Shown: positions 1 through 9,261 of the stretch, one piece after another
Numbering within the stretch: the stretch's first letter is position 1
Layout: each line of letters starts with the position of its first letter
NCBI GenBank assembly: GCA_963726745.1
Contig: CAVSDR010000006.1
Span: forward strand, 608,001 to 672,000
Length of the DNA: 64,000 nt
Direction: 5' to 3'
Source of the DNA: an uncultured Verrucomicrobiae bacterium
GTDB lineage: Bacteria > Verrucomicrobiota > Verrucomicrobiia > Chthoniobacterales > UBA10450
Program-made: the position numbers and the translations under genes
Notes under the pieces: model-generated
What the model saw: only the letters and a program-made list of their open reading frames with translations
What the model was told of the DNA's origin: nothing
The model's database searches: none

Positions 1-628
1 CGACCTGCGCCTGGAGCACGTTGAAACGCGGGACCGTGCCGGCGTCGAAGCGGTTCTGCTGGTCGCCCAGCTGGCTGCGGAGAAGCGAAACCGATTCCTC
101 CTGCACGCCGATGAGCGCGCGGTTCAAGAGCACGAGGTAAAACTGCTGGCGCACGGTCGCGATGACGGTATCGATCGTGTCGCGGAAAGCGAAATAGGCA
201 GCATCACGCTGGAAGTCGGCCCCGCGAATCTGCGAAAGAACGCGCCCACCGGCAAAAATCACCTGCGATGCTTGCAAGCGGATCGCATAGGAGGTGTCCA
301 CAGAAGCAAAGTCGGTGCTCGCGCCGCCGCTGCCCCGACCAATCGTGCGCAGGTGCGGATCGGTGTTTGTCAGCGAAGCGGTGGCGTTGAACTGCGGGAG
401 CGCTTCGCCACGGACCTCGAGGTAAACGCCTTTCGCACGCTCGATCTCGAGCCGTGCCCGCTGGATGTCGGGGTTGCGCTGGAGCGCGGTCAGGACGGCC
501 TCCGGCAAGGTGTAACGCGGAGTCGCGGAGGAGCTTTGGATCAGACCATCGGAGCCGGCCAGGGAGGCCTCCGCAGAGGCGAAGAGAAGGGAAAGGACGA
601 CGAGCAGGGACGAGAAAATCTTACGCAT
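1..628 (-). CDS. TolC-family outer membrane efflux protein (partial, runs off window start)
   Basis: Manual translation from ATG at 628: signal peptide MRKIFSSLLVVVLSLLFASAEA, then TLPEAVLTALQRNPDIQRARLEIERAKG...VRQQFYLVL...QNRFDAGTVPRFNVLQAQV, a typical OEP/TolC pattern. Not listed in the ORF track because no stop lies in the window. Confidence 0.85.
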   Translation of the reverse strand, partial: MRKIFSSLLVVLSLLFASAEASLAGSDGLIQSSSATPRYTLPEAVLTALQRNPDIQRARLEIERAKGVYLEVRGEALPQFNATASLTNTDPHLRTIGRGSGGASTDFASVDTSYAIRLQASQVIFAGGRVLSQIRGADFQRDAAYFAFRDTIDTVIATVRQQFYLVLLNRALIGVQEESVSLLRSQLGDQQNRFDAGTVPRFNVLQAQV

Positions 629-861
629 GGAAACGAACGGGGAATGAAGTGGGAAGATTAACTGGTCACCCGGCATAGTCCAACCAGTTTCCCCGGGGAC
701 ATTGCAGGCGATGTGCCGCGGAGGGCGAATAGTCCTAAGCGCCTGAGGGAGGACTCGTTAGGGAAATCCTCGGCCGCCCTTTGAGCTAGCCAGCGTCCCG
801 TGGCCGGGATTCGGCGGTTCCAGATGTGGAACATGCGAGCGCGCAGACCAGAACCGGCTGG

Positions 862-1344
862 CTATTTCTTCGCGCAATAGGCGTGGATCTTGGTGTAGAT
901 CCGCAACCAGGCCTTCTGCTCTTCCGGGCTCAGGTGGTTCATCATCGTCATCAGGTTCTCCACCATCTCCAGCCGGATGCGCCGGACGAGCGCGCTCCCT
1001 TTTTCGGTGATGCAAACCATGACCTTGCGCCGGTCTTCGCGCGCGCTCGTGCGGACGACGTAGCCGAGATTTTCCAGGCGCGCGACCAATCCGCTGGCCG
1101 CTGCGGTGGTGTGCTCCATCTTGCGCGCGATCGCCGACATCGTCAGCACTTCGCTTTCATCGAGCGCCGTCAGGAGGAAGAACTGCGGAAAGGAGACATT
1201 CCCATCGGCGAGCTCGCGGCAGAGCCGCAGGATGAGGCAGCGTTGCAGCGCGAGAATGATATGCGCCAGGCGCTCCGCGTCGGCGCGATTACTCGCAGGC
1301 CGCTCGGTTAAAAGCGGGCGCGTTGGAAGAAGTGCCGAGTTCAA
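862..1344 (-). CDS. MarR-family transcriptional regulator
   Basis: Winged-helix MarR signature LTMSAIARKM...SGLVARLENLGYVVR...EDRRKVMVCITEKG; upstream of the TolC gene on the same strand. Confidence 0.9.
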   Translation of the reverse strand: MNSALLPTRPLLTERPASNRADAERLAHIILALQRCLILRLCRELADGNVSFPQFFLLTALDESEVLTMSAIARKMEHTTAAASGLVARLENLGYVVRTSAREDRRKVMVCITEKGSALVRRIRLEMVENLMTMMNHLSPEEQKAWLRIYTKIHAYCAKK

Positions 1345-1406
1345 CGGAGAAAGTTAGGGGCGCACTTCCGGGAGGTCAACCGAGCCGACACGCCGGCGCG
1401 CCCCAT

Positions 1407-2589
1407 TTACCGCCAGGTGAAAACGCGGCCCGCCGCACCGGCGGCGATGCACTCGCCCGGCGCCAGCCGCAGGAGCGCCGTGGCGCGGCTCAGGCCAAAG
1501 AGCGCATGCGATTCCTGCCGCCCCACGGTCTCAAATTTCCCGTCGCGCAGCGCGCCGCGGAGATAATGCGGACGGTCGCCCGGATTAGCCAGCGCCTCGG
1601 CCACTGGCGCGGAGAGACTCGCGAGACCGAGCGCCTCCTCGGCGGCGCCCATCAGCCGACGCAACGCCGGGCGCACAAAAAGCAGAAAGGTGACGAAGGC
1701 CGAGACCGGATTCCCTGGCAATCCAAAGACGAGGCAACCGTCCAGCCGTCCGAAGAGAAACGGCTTCCCCGGCTTTACCGCCACACGCCAAAGATCAAGG
1801 CTGCGCGCCCAGCTCCGTGAGCGCGGACTTCACCAGGTCGTGCGCTCCCACGGAGACGCCGCCGCTCACGATCACCACGTCAGCGGCGACCGCCGCGCGC
1901 AGGCTTTCGCCGATCGCGCCGCGCTCGTCGCGCGCGTGCACCCGCGACGCCACTTCCGCGCCCGCCTGTTGCACCAAGGCCGCGAGCATGAGCGAATTCG
2001 ACTCGTAGATTTGCCCCGGCGCCAAAGCAGCGCCCGCCGGCGCAAGCTCGTCGCCGGTCGAGAGCAGCGCGACCCGCGGCCGCCCGCCCACCGCCACCGT
2101 GTCCCAGCCCTGCGAGGCCAGCAGGCCCACAAGTGGCGCACTGATTTCCGTCCCCGGCGCGAAGAGCCTCTGCCCTTCCGCGAGATCGCCGCCCTGCCGC
2201 CGGACAAACTCGCCCGCCTCCGCGGTGGTCTGCAAAACGACCACGTCGCCTTCCGTGGTTGTCTCCTCCTGCATCACCACCGCATCCGCGCCCGCCGGCA
2301 GCGGCGCGCCGGTGAAAATCCGCGCCGCCTCGCCCGCGCACACGGTCAATTTCCGGTCCCGGCCAGCCGGTTGCTCGCCGATCACCCGCAGCCGCGCGCC
2401 CGGCGCCGTGTCCGCCGCGCGCACCGCGTAACCATCCATCGCCGAGTTGTCGAAACCCGGCAGCGCCACCTGCGCCCGCCGTTCCTCCGCCGCAAAATAG
2501 CCGACCGCTTCCAGCAACGGCACCCGGCGCGGCGGCAAGGGCCGCACCCGCGCGAGAATCTGCGCCCGCGCTTCCTCTTCGCCGATCAT
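1407..2589 (-). CDS. moeA: Molybdopterin molybdotransferase MoeA (split by a +1 indel near 1800)
   Basis: PGFDNSAMDGYA, IFTGAPLP, STGDEL and SGGVSVG in ORF 1795-2589; VKPGKP and GLPGNPVSA in ORF 1407-1784. Removing one C restores ELGAQ-LDLWRVAVKPGKP. Confidence 0.9.
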
Positions 2590-2942
2590 CGGTAAACGCG
2601 CTGCCCGCGCGCCGGCTCGCCGCTTAGGATGTCGGCGCTCACAAAAGGCCGCTTCCGTTCCGCGGTCACTTTCAGGCGCACGCTCTCGCCCGCCTCGGTG
2701 ATCGCAGTCAGCGGCGTCCCCGCCTCCGGTGGCGCGCCGGTGGCGCGCAGCTCGATCAAAACAAATTTGCCGACCAGATTCACCACCGCGATCTCGCCCA
2801 CGTAAGTCGGCGCGGTCACCGCCGGCGTCTTCGCCGTGACCGGAGTCTTGGGATGACAGGCCGCGAGCGCTAGCAGCAGCAGGAGCAAGCCGAGCGGCCG
2901 CAGGATTCCGCGCAGGCGTGGATTCGTTAGGCGGGGACGCAT
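2586..2942 (-). CDS. Hypothetical lipoprotein
   Basis: Basic N-terminus, hydrophobic stretch and lipobox LAAC; 4-nt overlap with the moeA start. Confidence 0.65.
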   Translation of the reverse strand: MRPRLTNPRLRGILRPLGLLLLLLALAACHPKTPVTAKTPAVTAPTYVGEIAVVNLVGKFVLIELRATGAPPEAGTPLTAITEAGESVRLKVTAERKRPFVSADILSGEPARGQRVYR

Positions 2943-3001
2943 TTATCGAGGGGCTCGGTTGACGACCATCCGCTCACCGCCATAGTCTCGCAACCCAAGT
3001 T

Positions 3002-3089
3002 GGTGAGGTGGCTGAGTGGTCGAAAGCAACGCTTTGCTAAAGCGTCGTACTCCAAAAGGGTACCGAGGGTTCGAATCCCTCCCTCACCG
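3002..3089 (+). tRNA. tRNA-Ser (GCT)
   Basis: GGTGAGG/CCTCACC acceptor stem, anticodon arm ACGCT-TTGCTAA-AGCGT, long variable arm, GGTTCGAATCC T-loop; CCA not encoded. Confidence 0.95.
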
Positions 3090-3099
3090 GGCCTCTATC

Positions 3100-5688
3100 G
3101 TGTCGCATCTCCCCACTTTTGGCGCGCGTCTGGCCCTTGGCGTAGCCCTGTTTTTAGCCGGCAACTTCAGCAGCCGCGCGGCTTCGTTTCTTTTCGATGC
3201 GGCGCATGCGCAGACGGCGGGGAATGCCGACTGGGTGATCGACCAGGACGCGGGCGGGCCGCAGCGTTTTCCCACGCCGGATCAGGCGACGGTGACGGCG
3301 ACCACGCCGGAGAATTACTGGAAAGGTGGCATCTCCGCGTGGGGGATCGAGCTGGTGAAGCGCGGCCACCAAGTGGAGACGCTCCCGGCGAGCGGCGTGT
3401 TGACGTATCAAAATGCCGGCAACGCCCAGGACCTTTCGCGTTACCAGGTGCTGGTGATCGACGAGCCGAACAAGGCTTTCACCGCGGCGGAGCGGACGGC
3501 GATCGTGAATTGGGTAAAGGCGGGCGGGAGTCTCTTCCTGATCGCGGATCACACCGGCTCGGACCGGAACGGTGACGGCAAGGATTCGGTCATGATCTGG
3601 AACGAGCTCTTCGCGAGCAACGGCGTGCAGGCCGCGCCGTTTGGCCTGGTGATCAATAGCGACAGCCTCTCGCCGCGGAATGAATCGGTCGACGGCACCG
3701 CGGGGAATCCGATCACGCGCGGAATAGCCGGCACGATCACGCAATTCAACTACGCCGACGGGGCCTCGCTCACGATCGACCCGACGAAGAACGCGAGCGT
3801 GAAAGGCGCGGTCTGGGCCAGCTCCACGCGCACGAACAGCAACGTGCTCGTGGCTTACGGGACCTTCGGCGCGGGCAAGTTCGTCGCCATCGGCGACAGC
3901 TCGCCGATGGACGACGGCACCGGTGCCGCCGGCGATGTGCTCTACGACGGCTGGACCGATGCCGGGGGGAACAACGGGCAACTGGTGATCAATGCCTCGC
4001 TCTGGCTGGCTACGCCGCTGGCCAACGCGCCCCCGCCTAACGACACCTTCCTGAGCGCCGCGGCGCTCGCCGGCCCCACGCCCAGCGCCACGGGGACAAA
4101 CGTGAACGCGACCAAGGAAACCGGCGAGCCGAACCACGGCGGCAACGCCGGGGGAAAATCGGTTTGGTGGAAATGGACCGCGCCCTCTTCGGGCACGGTC
4201 ACGCTCACGACCAGCGGGAGCAATTTCGACACGCTTCTCGGCGTCTACACCGGGGGCGCGGTCAACGCCCTCACCCTGGTCGCGGGGAATGACAACAGCG
4301 GCCCCGGCCTAACGAGCAGTGTCACTTTCAGCGCGACCGCGGGGCTGGTCTACGCGCTTGCGGTCGATGGGAACGGAGGCGCTGCGGGCAGCATTGCGCT
4401 CGCGCTCACTTTGACCGCGCCGCCCACCGGGGGCACGCCGGTGGCCTTCGCTTCCTGGAATTTTGACAGCACGCCGTATGCGAATCCGCTGCCGGCAAAT
4501 AGCGGCAGCGCTACGCTCGACTTCAGCGGCTGGGGCGGCACGGTAACGAACTTCGGCGGCGTGACCGGACAGGCGCTCGCGCTCCAGGGGACCGCGGGCA
4601 ATGGCACTTACATCGAGCTGGCTTTTTCCATGAGCGGCTATCGCGGCTTGAAGGTGGATTTCGCCACTCGCGGGACGGCCACCGGTTTCAGCAGCGGGAT
4701 TTGGTCGTGGAGCGTGAATGGCGGCGCCTTCACCACTTTGCCGGGCGTGAATACCGGCACCACCACAACCAGTTTCGTCGACAAGACGGTCGATTTCTCC
4801 GGTCAAACTGCGCTCGACCACGCCGCGTCCGTGCGCCTGCGCTACACCCTCAGCGGGAGCAGCGGCTCCTCGCCGAATGTGCGGATCGACGATCTCGTCC
4901 TGAGCGCAACCCAGGTTCCAGTAGTCAGCGTGGTCGTGACCAACGCCGACGCCTTCGAGGCCGGGATGCAGCCGGCCACGGTGGTGGTGAGCTCGTCGCT
5001 GGCCGCGGGCAGCGGCGGCCTGCCGGTTTCCTTCCAGCTCGGCGGGAGCGCGAGCGCGAGCGATTACTCGTTAGCCGGCAATTCGAGCGCGAACACGGTT
5101 ACGATCCCCGCGGGCGCGACCAGCGCGATGCTCACTTTCACTCCGATCGCCGACGGTAACCTGACGGAGTTCGACGAAAGCATAACCCTCGCGCTGGTCC
5201 AAAGTGCTGGCTATTTCCTCGGGACGCCGGCAGCCGCCAGCCTCACGATCCACGACGACACGCCCTACAATGCCACCTGGGCCGCGGCGCATCCGGGCTT
5301 CCAGGGCGCGCTCGCCGATCCGATGGCGGACCCGGACGCGGACGGAATTTCGAACCTCGAGGAGTTTGCCTACAACGGCGATCCTTTCCGCTCGGATCGC
5401 TCGATCCTGCCGGCGATCGCCGTCATGGAGTTCCCCGATCCGGCAGACGGCAATTTGAGCAAGCCGTATCCCACGATCTCGTTCCTGCGCCGGACGGACG
5501 CGCCCGACTTGGTCTACGCGGTGGAAATTTCCGACGACCTCCGCAATTGGACCAACGAGCTCGAGCAAATCTCGGCCACGCCCGACGCGGCGCCGAACAT
5601 GGAACGGGTGGTCTATCGCGGGCTCACCCCGCTGCGCGGAAACGGCGCCAAGCCCCGCGTTTTCCTGCGTGTGCGGGTGTCCTTTTGA
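3100..5688 (+). CDS. Large secreted multidomain protein (GATase-like/DUF4350-like N-domain, PPC-like domain, Calx-beta-like domain, verrucomicrobial C-terminal domain)
   Basis: Start moved to GTG at 3100 because 3016 lies inside the tRNA. Signal peptide, then FDAAHAQTAGNADW, PPNDTF...KSVWWKWTAP...FDTLLGVY, VTIPAG..SA..DG..EFDE, and C-terminal DPDADGISNLEEFA...YAVEISDDLRNW...FLRVRV. Confidence 0.75.
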   Translation: MSHLPTFGARLALGVALFLAGNFSSRAASFLFDAAHAQTAGNADWVIDQDAGGPQRFPTPDQATVTATTPENYWKGGISAWGIELVKRGHQVETLPASGVLTYQNAGNAQDLSRYQVLVIDEPNKAFTAAERTAIVNWVKAGGSLFLIADHTGSDRNGDGKDSVMIWNELFASNGVQAAPFGLVINSDSLSPRNESVDGTAGNPITRGIAGTITQFNYADGASLTIDPTKNASVKGAVWASSTRTNSNVLVAYGTFGAGKFVAIGDSSPMDDGTGAAGDVLYDGWTDAGGNNGQLVINASLWLATPLANAPPPNDTFLSAAALAGPTPSATGTNVNATKETGEPNHGGNAGGKSVWWKWTAPSSGTVTLTTSGSNFDTLLGVYTGGAVNALTLVAGNDNSGPGLTSSVTFSATAGLVYALAVDGNGGAAGSIALALTLTAPPTGGTPVAFASWNFDSTPYANPLPANSGSATLDFSGWGGTVTNFGGVTGQALALQGTAGNGTYIELAFSMSGYRGLKVDFATRGTATGFSSGIWSWSVNGGAFTTLPGVNTGTTTTSFVDKTVDFSGQTALDHAASVRLRYTLSGSSGSSPNVRIDDLVLSATQVPVVSVVVTNADAFEAGMQPATVVVSSSLAAGSGGLPVSFQLGGSASASDYSLAGNSSANTVTIPAGATSAMLTFTPIADGNLTEFDESITLALVQSAGYFLGTPAAASLTIHDDTPYNATWAAAHPGFQGALADPMADPDADGISNLEEFAYNGDPFRSDRSILPAIAVMEFPDPADGNLSKPYPTISFLRRTDAPDLVYAVEISDDLRNWTNELEQISATPDAAPNMERVVYRGLTPLRGNGAKPRVFLRVRVSF

Positions 5689-5727
5689 ACGGGTGCAAAA
5701 ACTCCCGGCGCTGGCCTGACAATTGCA

Positions 5728-6357
5728 TTGTCACCGGCGATGCCTGCGCCCATGCTCCGCCACTTCATGACTCCCCGACTCCTCGTTAGGCTGTTCCTCG
5801 CCGCGGCTGCGACCTTGCTCTGTGTGAGCTGCGCGGAGATGAACCAGCCGGTGGCTGGCGCCCGCAGCGAGCAGATGAAAACGGCCATGGCCGCGCCTGC
5901 GCCGAAACCGGCCTACTGGGACGATGTGGCCGGCAAAGGCCGGGCGAAAATTGTCGTCAAGCTGGAGGAACAGCGCGCGTATTTCTATCGCGGGAAAGTG
6001 ATCGTGGGCGAGTCGAACATCTCCACCGGGCGCAAGGGCTTCGAGACGCCGCCAGGGAAATACGCCGTGATTCAGAAGGACGAGCACCACGCCTCGAATC
6101 TCTACGGCGACTACGTCGATCCCGCGGGCAACGTGGTGAAGGCAAACGTCGACACCTCGAAAGAGAGCGCGCCGGAAGGGGCGACTTTCCGCGGCGCGCC
6201 GATGAAATATTTCCTGCGCTTCACCGGCGGCTACGGGATGCACGCCGGCTTCGTCCCGCGCTACCGCGCCTCGCACGGTTGCATCCGCATGCCGAGCGAG
6301 ATGGCGCAGCACTTCTTCACCGCGGCCGACAACGGCACGCCGGTGATCGTGGAATAA
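5728..6357 (+). CDS. L,D-transpeptidase (YkuD family), probable lipoprotein
   Basis: ISTG..GFETPPG and GMHAG...ASHGCIRM catalytic motif; the true start may be 5740 or 5767. Confidence 0.9.
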   Translation: MSPAMPAPMLRHFMTPRLLVRLFLAAAATLLCVSCAEMNQPVAGARSEQMKTAMAAPAPKPAYWDDVAGKGRAKIVVKLEEQRAYFYRGKVIVGESNISTGRKGFETPPGKYAVIQKDEHHASNLYGDYVDPAGNVVKANVDTSKESAPEGATFRGAPMKYFLRFTGGYGMHAGFVPRYRASHGCIRMPSEMAQHFFTAADNGTPVIVE

Positions 6358-6380
6358 CGAGCGGCTGCGACTGCTCGTTA
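6355..6380. terminator. Hairpin between convergent genes, built from two inverted partial copies of the TCGTTAG motif
   Basis: TAACGAGCGG-ctgcga-CTGCTCGTTA; each arm contains the TAA stop of one flanking gene. No U-tract. Confidence 0.55.
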
Positions 6381-6716
6381 GCCGGGCGGCCAAACCAGCG
6401 GCCGCTTCCCGAGCACGTGCACATGCAGGTGCGGCACGCTTTCGCCCGCATCCGGGCCACTGTTGATCACCACCCGGTAGCCGCTCGCGAGCAAGTCGAG
6501 CTTTTCCGCGACCACGCGCGTGGCCAGGAGGAGCTTCCCGAGCAGGGCCTCGTCTTCTTCGGTGGCCGCAGAGAGCCGCGGGATCACGCGCTTTGGCACG
6601 ATCAACACATGCACCGGCGCTTTCGGATCGACGTCGTGAAAGGCGAGCAGGTCGTCGGTTTCATGCACGATCTGCGCGGGGATTTCGCGCGCGATGATCT
6701 TTTCGAAAATCGTCAT
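6378..6716 (-). CDS. hinT: HIT-family nucleotide-binding protein (HinT-like)
   Basis: Starts MTIFEKII; histidine triad VPHLHVHVLG; ends WPPG. Confidence 0.92.
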   Translation of the reverse strand: MTIFEKIIAREIPAQIVHETDDLLAFHDVDPKAPVHVLIVPKRVIPRLSAATEEDEALLGKLLLATRVVAEKLDLLASGYRVVINSGPDAGESVPHLHVHVLGKRPLVWPPG

Positions 6717-6736
6717 CTTGCCGGCTAATTCTTCGC

Positions 6737-7297
6737 CTAACGAAGGGAGCAGCGCAGGTGCTGCAGGGCGGGATCGGCGGAGAGTTTTTCGCGCACGAAA
6801 CAGACGATCTCTTCGCGCAGGGTATCGCAAGCGCGGGTCCACATTTTCGCGCCGCGCAGGTGTTTCACGCAGGCCGCCAGGCCGACAAGTTGCAGGCTAT
6901 CCGTCCCGGTGCCGACGAGAGCGTGGATGCGTTTCTCCAGCCCGTCGAAAAAGGCCAGCTCGTACCCGGTGCCCGCGGCTTCCGCGACCTCCACCAGCGA
7001 GACCGAAATCGGCGGCGGCGCCGGCTCGAAGAAGGGAATGATTTCCTTGTAGCCAATGACCTTGAGGACGTAGCGGACCGTCTGCGAAAGCTGGCTGAAC
7101 GGCACCACCGGCTCGTCGTTTCGCAGCCGCAGGTAGAAAGTAATGCTCTCGGTAATGTGATCGGTGAGCCACCAACTCGGATAGCCCGCCTGGTCGGCCG
7201 CGCGGGTAATCGCGGCATGGAGCCATTGCTGATTGAACTCAAACAGCTGCCCGGAATCGCAGCGGAGATAGGGGAATTCTTCTTTAAACGCTACCAT
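6737..7297 (-). CDS. Hypothetical protein with ATP-cone-like N-terminal region, overlapping nrdR
   Basis: Starts MVAFKEE within the nrdR 3' end; FNQQWLHAAITRAA...ITESITFYL...LSQTVRYVLKVIGYKEI resembles the ATP-cone helix pattern. Confidence 0.65.
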   Translation of the reverse strand: MVAFKEEFPYLRCDSGQLFEFNQQWLHAAITRAADQAGYPSWWLTDHITESITFYLRLRNDEPVVPFSQLSQTVRYVLKVIGYKEIIPFFEPAPPPISVSLVEVAEAAGTGYELAFFDGLEKRIHALVGTGTDSLQLVGLAACVKHLRGAKMWTRACDTLREEIVCFVREKLSADPALQHLRCSLR

Positions 7298-7799
7298 GCC
7301 TGATCGCCTCCGGGGGAAAGAGTTCGCGCTGGGCCGCACTCGTCTTTACGCGGCGACCGAGGGCCTGGATGGCATCGACAAATTCCGTCACCTCCGCGAA
7401 GTGCTGGTGCACGGAGGCGTAGCGCAGGTAGGCCACCTCATCGATGTCCTTCAACTTCTCGAGCACCTTTCCTCCGATAATTTCCGAGGAAACTTCGCGC
7501 GTCCCGGCGGTCTCGAGTTCGTGGATGATCTCATCGACCATTTGCTCCAGGGTGACGAGGCTGACGGAACGCTTCTCGAAAGCGCGCGCCAGACTGTTGA
7601 CCAATTTCCGCCGCTCGAAGGTCTCGTGCGTGCGGTCCTTCTTGACCACGCGCAAGTCGGAGCGGTCGATTTGCTCGTAAGTGGTGTAGCGGTAAGAGCA
7701 CTGCAGGCAAACCCGACGGCGCCGAATAGTGGTTCCGTCCCGCGACTGGCGCGAGTCGATGACTTTGTCGTCATGAAACCCGCACTTTGGACAACGCAT
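7284..7799 (-). CDS. nrdR: Transcriptional repressor NrdR
   Basis: MRCPKC...KVIDSR...IRRRRVC..C..RYTTYE zinc ribbon; ATP cone; DEVAYLRYASV. Confidence 0.97.
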   Translation of the reverse strand: MRCPKCGFHDDKVIDSRQSRDGTTIRRRRVCLQCSYRYTTYEQIDRSDLRVVKKDRTHETFERRKLVNSLARAFEKRSVSLVTLEQMVDEIIHELETAGTREVSSEIIGGKVLEKLKDIDEVAYLRYASVHQHFAEVTEFVDAIQALGRRVKTSAAQRELFPPEAIRHGSV

Positions 7800-7897
7800 A
7801 GTGTCGGGTGAGTAGATACCACACCGTATCTTGTGGCGTCAAAGGTTTGCGCAGGATCTGCAAAAAAAACGCGCAGCCGCCGATGCCCCGATTACTC

Positions 7898-9253
7898 TTA
7901 GGGACAGCACGCCAACGCTGGCAAACCGCCCTGTCGCACCACGAGGCGTCCGCCGAGGATCACCGCGCGAATCCGGCGCGTGTGGCGGATTTGCTGGAGT
8001 GGGTTCGCGTCCAGCAGGACGAGGTCGGCCCGTTTCCCGACCGCAATTGATCCGCTCTCGGCATCTGCGCCGAGGAAACGCGCGGCCTCGAGAGTGGCCG
8101 CGCGGAGCGCTTCCGCAGGCGAAAGCCCCGCCGCGACCAAAAGCTCTAGCTCGAGATGAAGCGAACTGCCAGGGTAAACCAGCGGCATGGAGGCGTCGGT
8201 GCCCGCGAGGATCCGCGCGCCGGCCCGGTGCAAGGTGTGCACGAGCGCGCGGGCACGCTGCCAGCGCAGTTCCGCGATGCGATCGGGAGTCACATCTCGC
8301 TGTCTAAGGTGACGCGTCCAACGTGCTTGCTCATCGGCGCGCAGGAGCGGCCAGCGCGGATCGCGCCGGAAGGCATTCGCATTGCCCCGCGCTTCCAAGA
8401 ACGGCAGCACAAGTGTGGGCACCTGCGCCTGGCCGGCGCGCGCCAGGAGTCGCGCAACTTTCAGGGCCCGTTTCGCATCGAAGCCTTCCAGCGCCGCTTG
8501 CTCCTGCCCAGCGGCTGTGGCCACACCGCGCCGACGGGCCTCGAGGAAATTCACCTCGTTAGGCGCGGCGGCTTCGAGGAGCTGGGTAAGATGCTCGTTC
8601 GAACGCTGACCCGCGGCTGCGGCGGCGAGAATACTGACGGTTTCCGGGATGTGCCCGCAGACCGGCAGGTGCGAGGCGCGCGCTTCCGCCAAGGTTGCGT
8701 TCCAGGCCGGCTCCGGCAGCTCCGAAAAGACTTTCACGAAATCGGCGCCCGCGCGGCGGGCTGCCCGCACTTGCCGCCGCGCCTCGGCTGCAGAGGGACC
8801 GCGAATGAACACGCCAGCCGCGACAATCCGCGGAGCGAGGCGCTCTCCGCGACTTGTCTCCGCGCGCCAGCGTCGGATCGTGCGCAGGTCTTCCGGCCGG
8901 GCGGCCATCTCGCGCAGGCCAGTAACCCCGGCGGCCAGGAAAAGCGGGAACATCCAGTCGTTAGGCGGACGCCGGGTTGCGTTGTTGAAAAGATGGACGT
9001 GCAAGTCCACTAAGCCAGGAAGGAGAAAGTGCCCGCGGCCGTCCACACGCTCGGTCCCAGGCGGAAGCCGCACTGCTTCCGGCGCCACAATCGCCGCGAT
9101 CCGATCGCCTCGCACGACGACCGTGCGCGGCGGGAGCACCTTCCCCGCGGCCACGTCGACGATGGCAACACCCTCGATCGCCAGCAGCGGCTCCGCCCGC
9201 GTTGTCGCGGTCAACGCGATCACAAAGGCGAACGCGATTCCCCACAAGCGCAT
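7898..9253 (-). CDS. Secreted amidohydrolase-family protein
   Basis: Signal peptide; LLPGLVDLHVH, GADFVKV, ILAGTDA, GSIAVGKRADLVLLDANP. Confidence 0.88.
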   Translation of the reverse strand: MRLWGIAFAFVIALTATTRAEPLLAIEGVAIVDVAAGKVLPPRTVVVRGDRIAAIVAPEAVRLPPGTERVDGRGHFLLPGLVDLHVHLFNNATRRPPNDWMFPLFLAAGVTGLREMAARPEDLRTIRRWRAETSRGERLAPRIVAAGVFIRGPSAAEARRQVRAARRAGADFVKVFSELPEPAWNATLAEARASHLPVCGHIPETVSILAAAAAGQRSNEHLTQLLEAAAPNEVNFLEARRRGVATAAGQEQAALEGFDAKRALKVARLLARAGQAQVPTLVLPFLEARGNANAFRRDPRWPLLRADEQARWTRHLRQRDVTPDRIAELRWQRARALVHTLHRAGARILAGTDASMPLVYPGSSLHLELELLVAAGLSPAEALRAATLEAARFLGADAESGSIAVGKRADLVLLDANPLQQIRHTRRIRAVILGGRLVVRQGGLPALACCP

Positions 9254-9261
9254 GGGAAACG

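Noticed and set aside
3002..5688. ORFs starting at 3000/3016, and tRNA-Ser as an integration site
   Set aside because: Those starts lie in or across the tRNA; GTG 3100 gives a proper signal peptide. No integrase or duplicated tRNA 3' end was seen.
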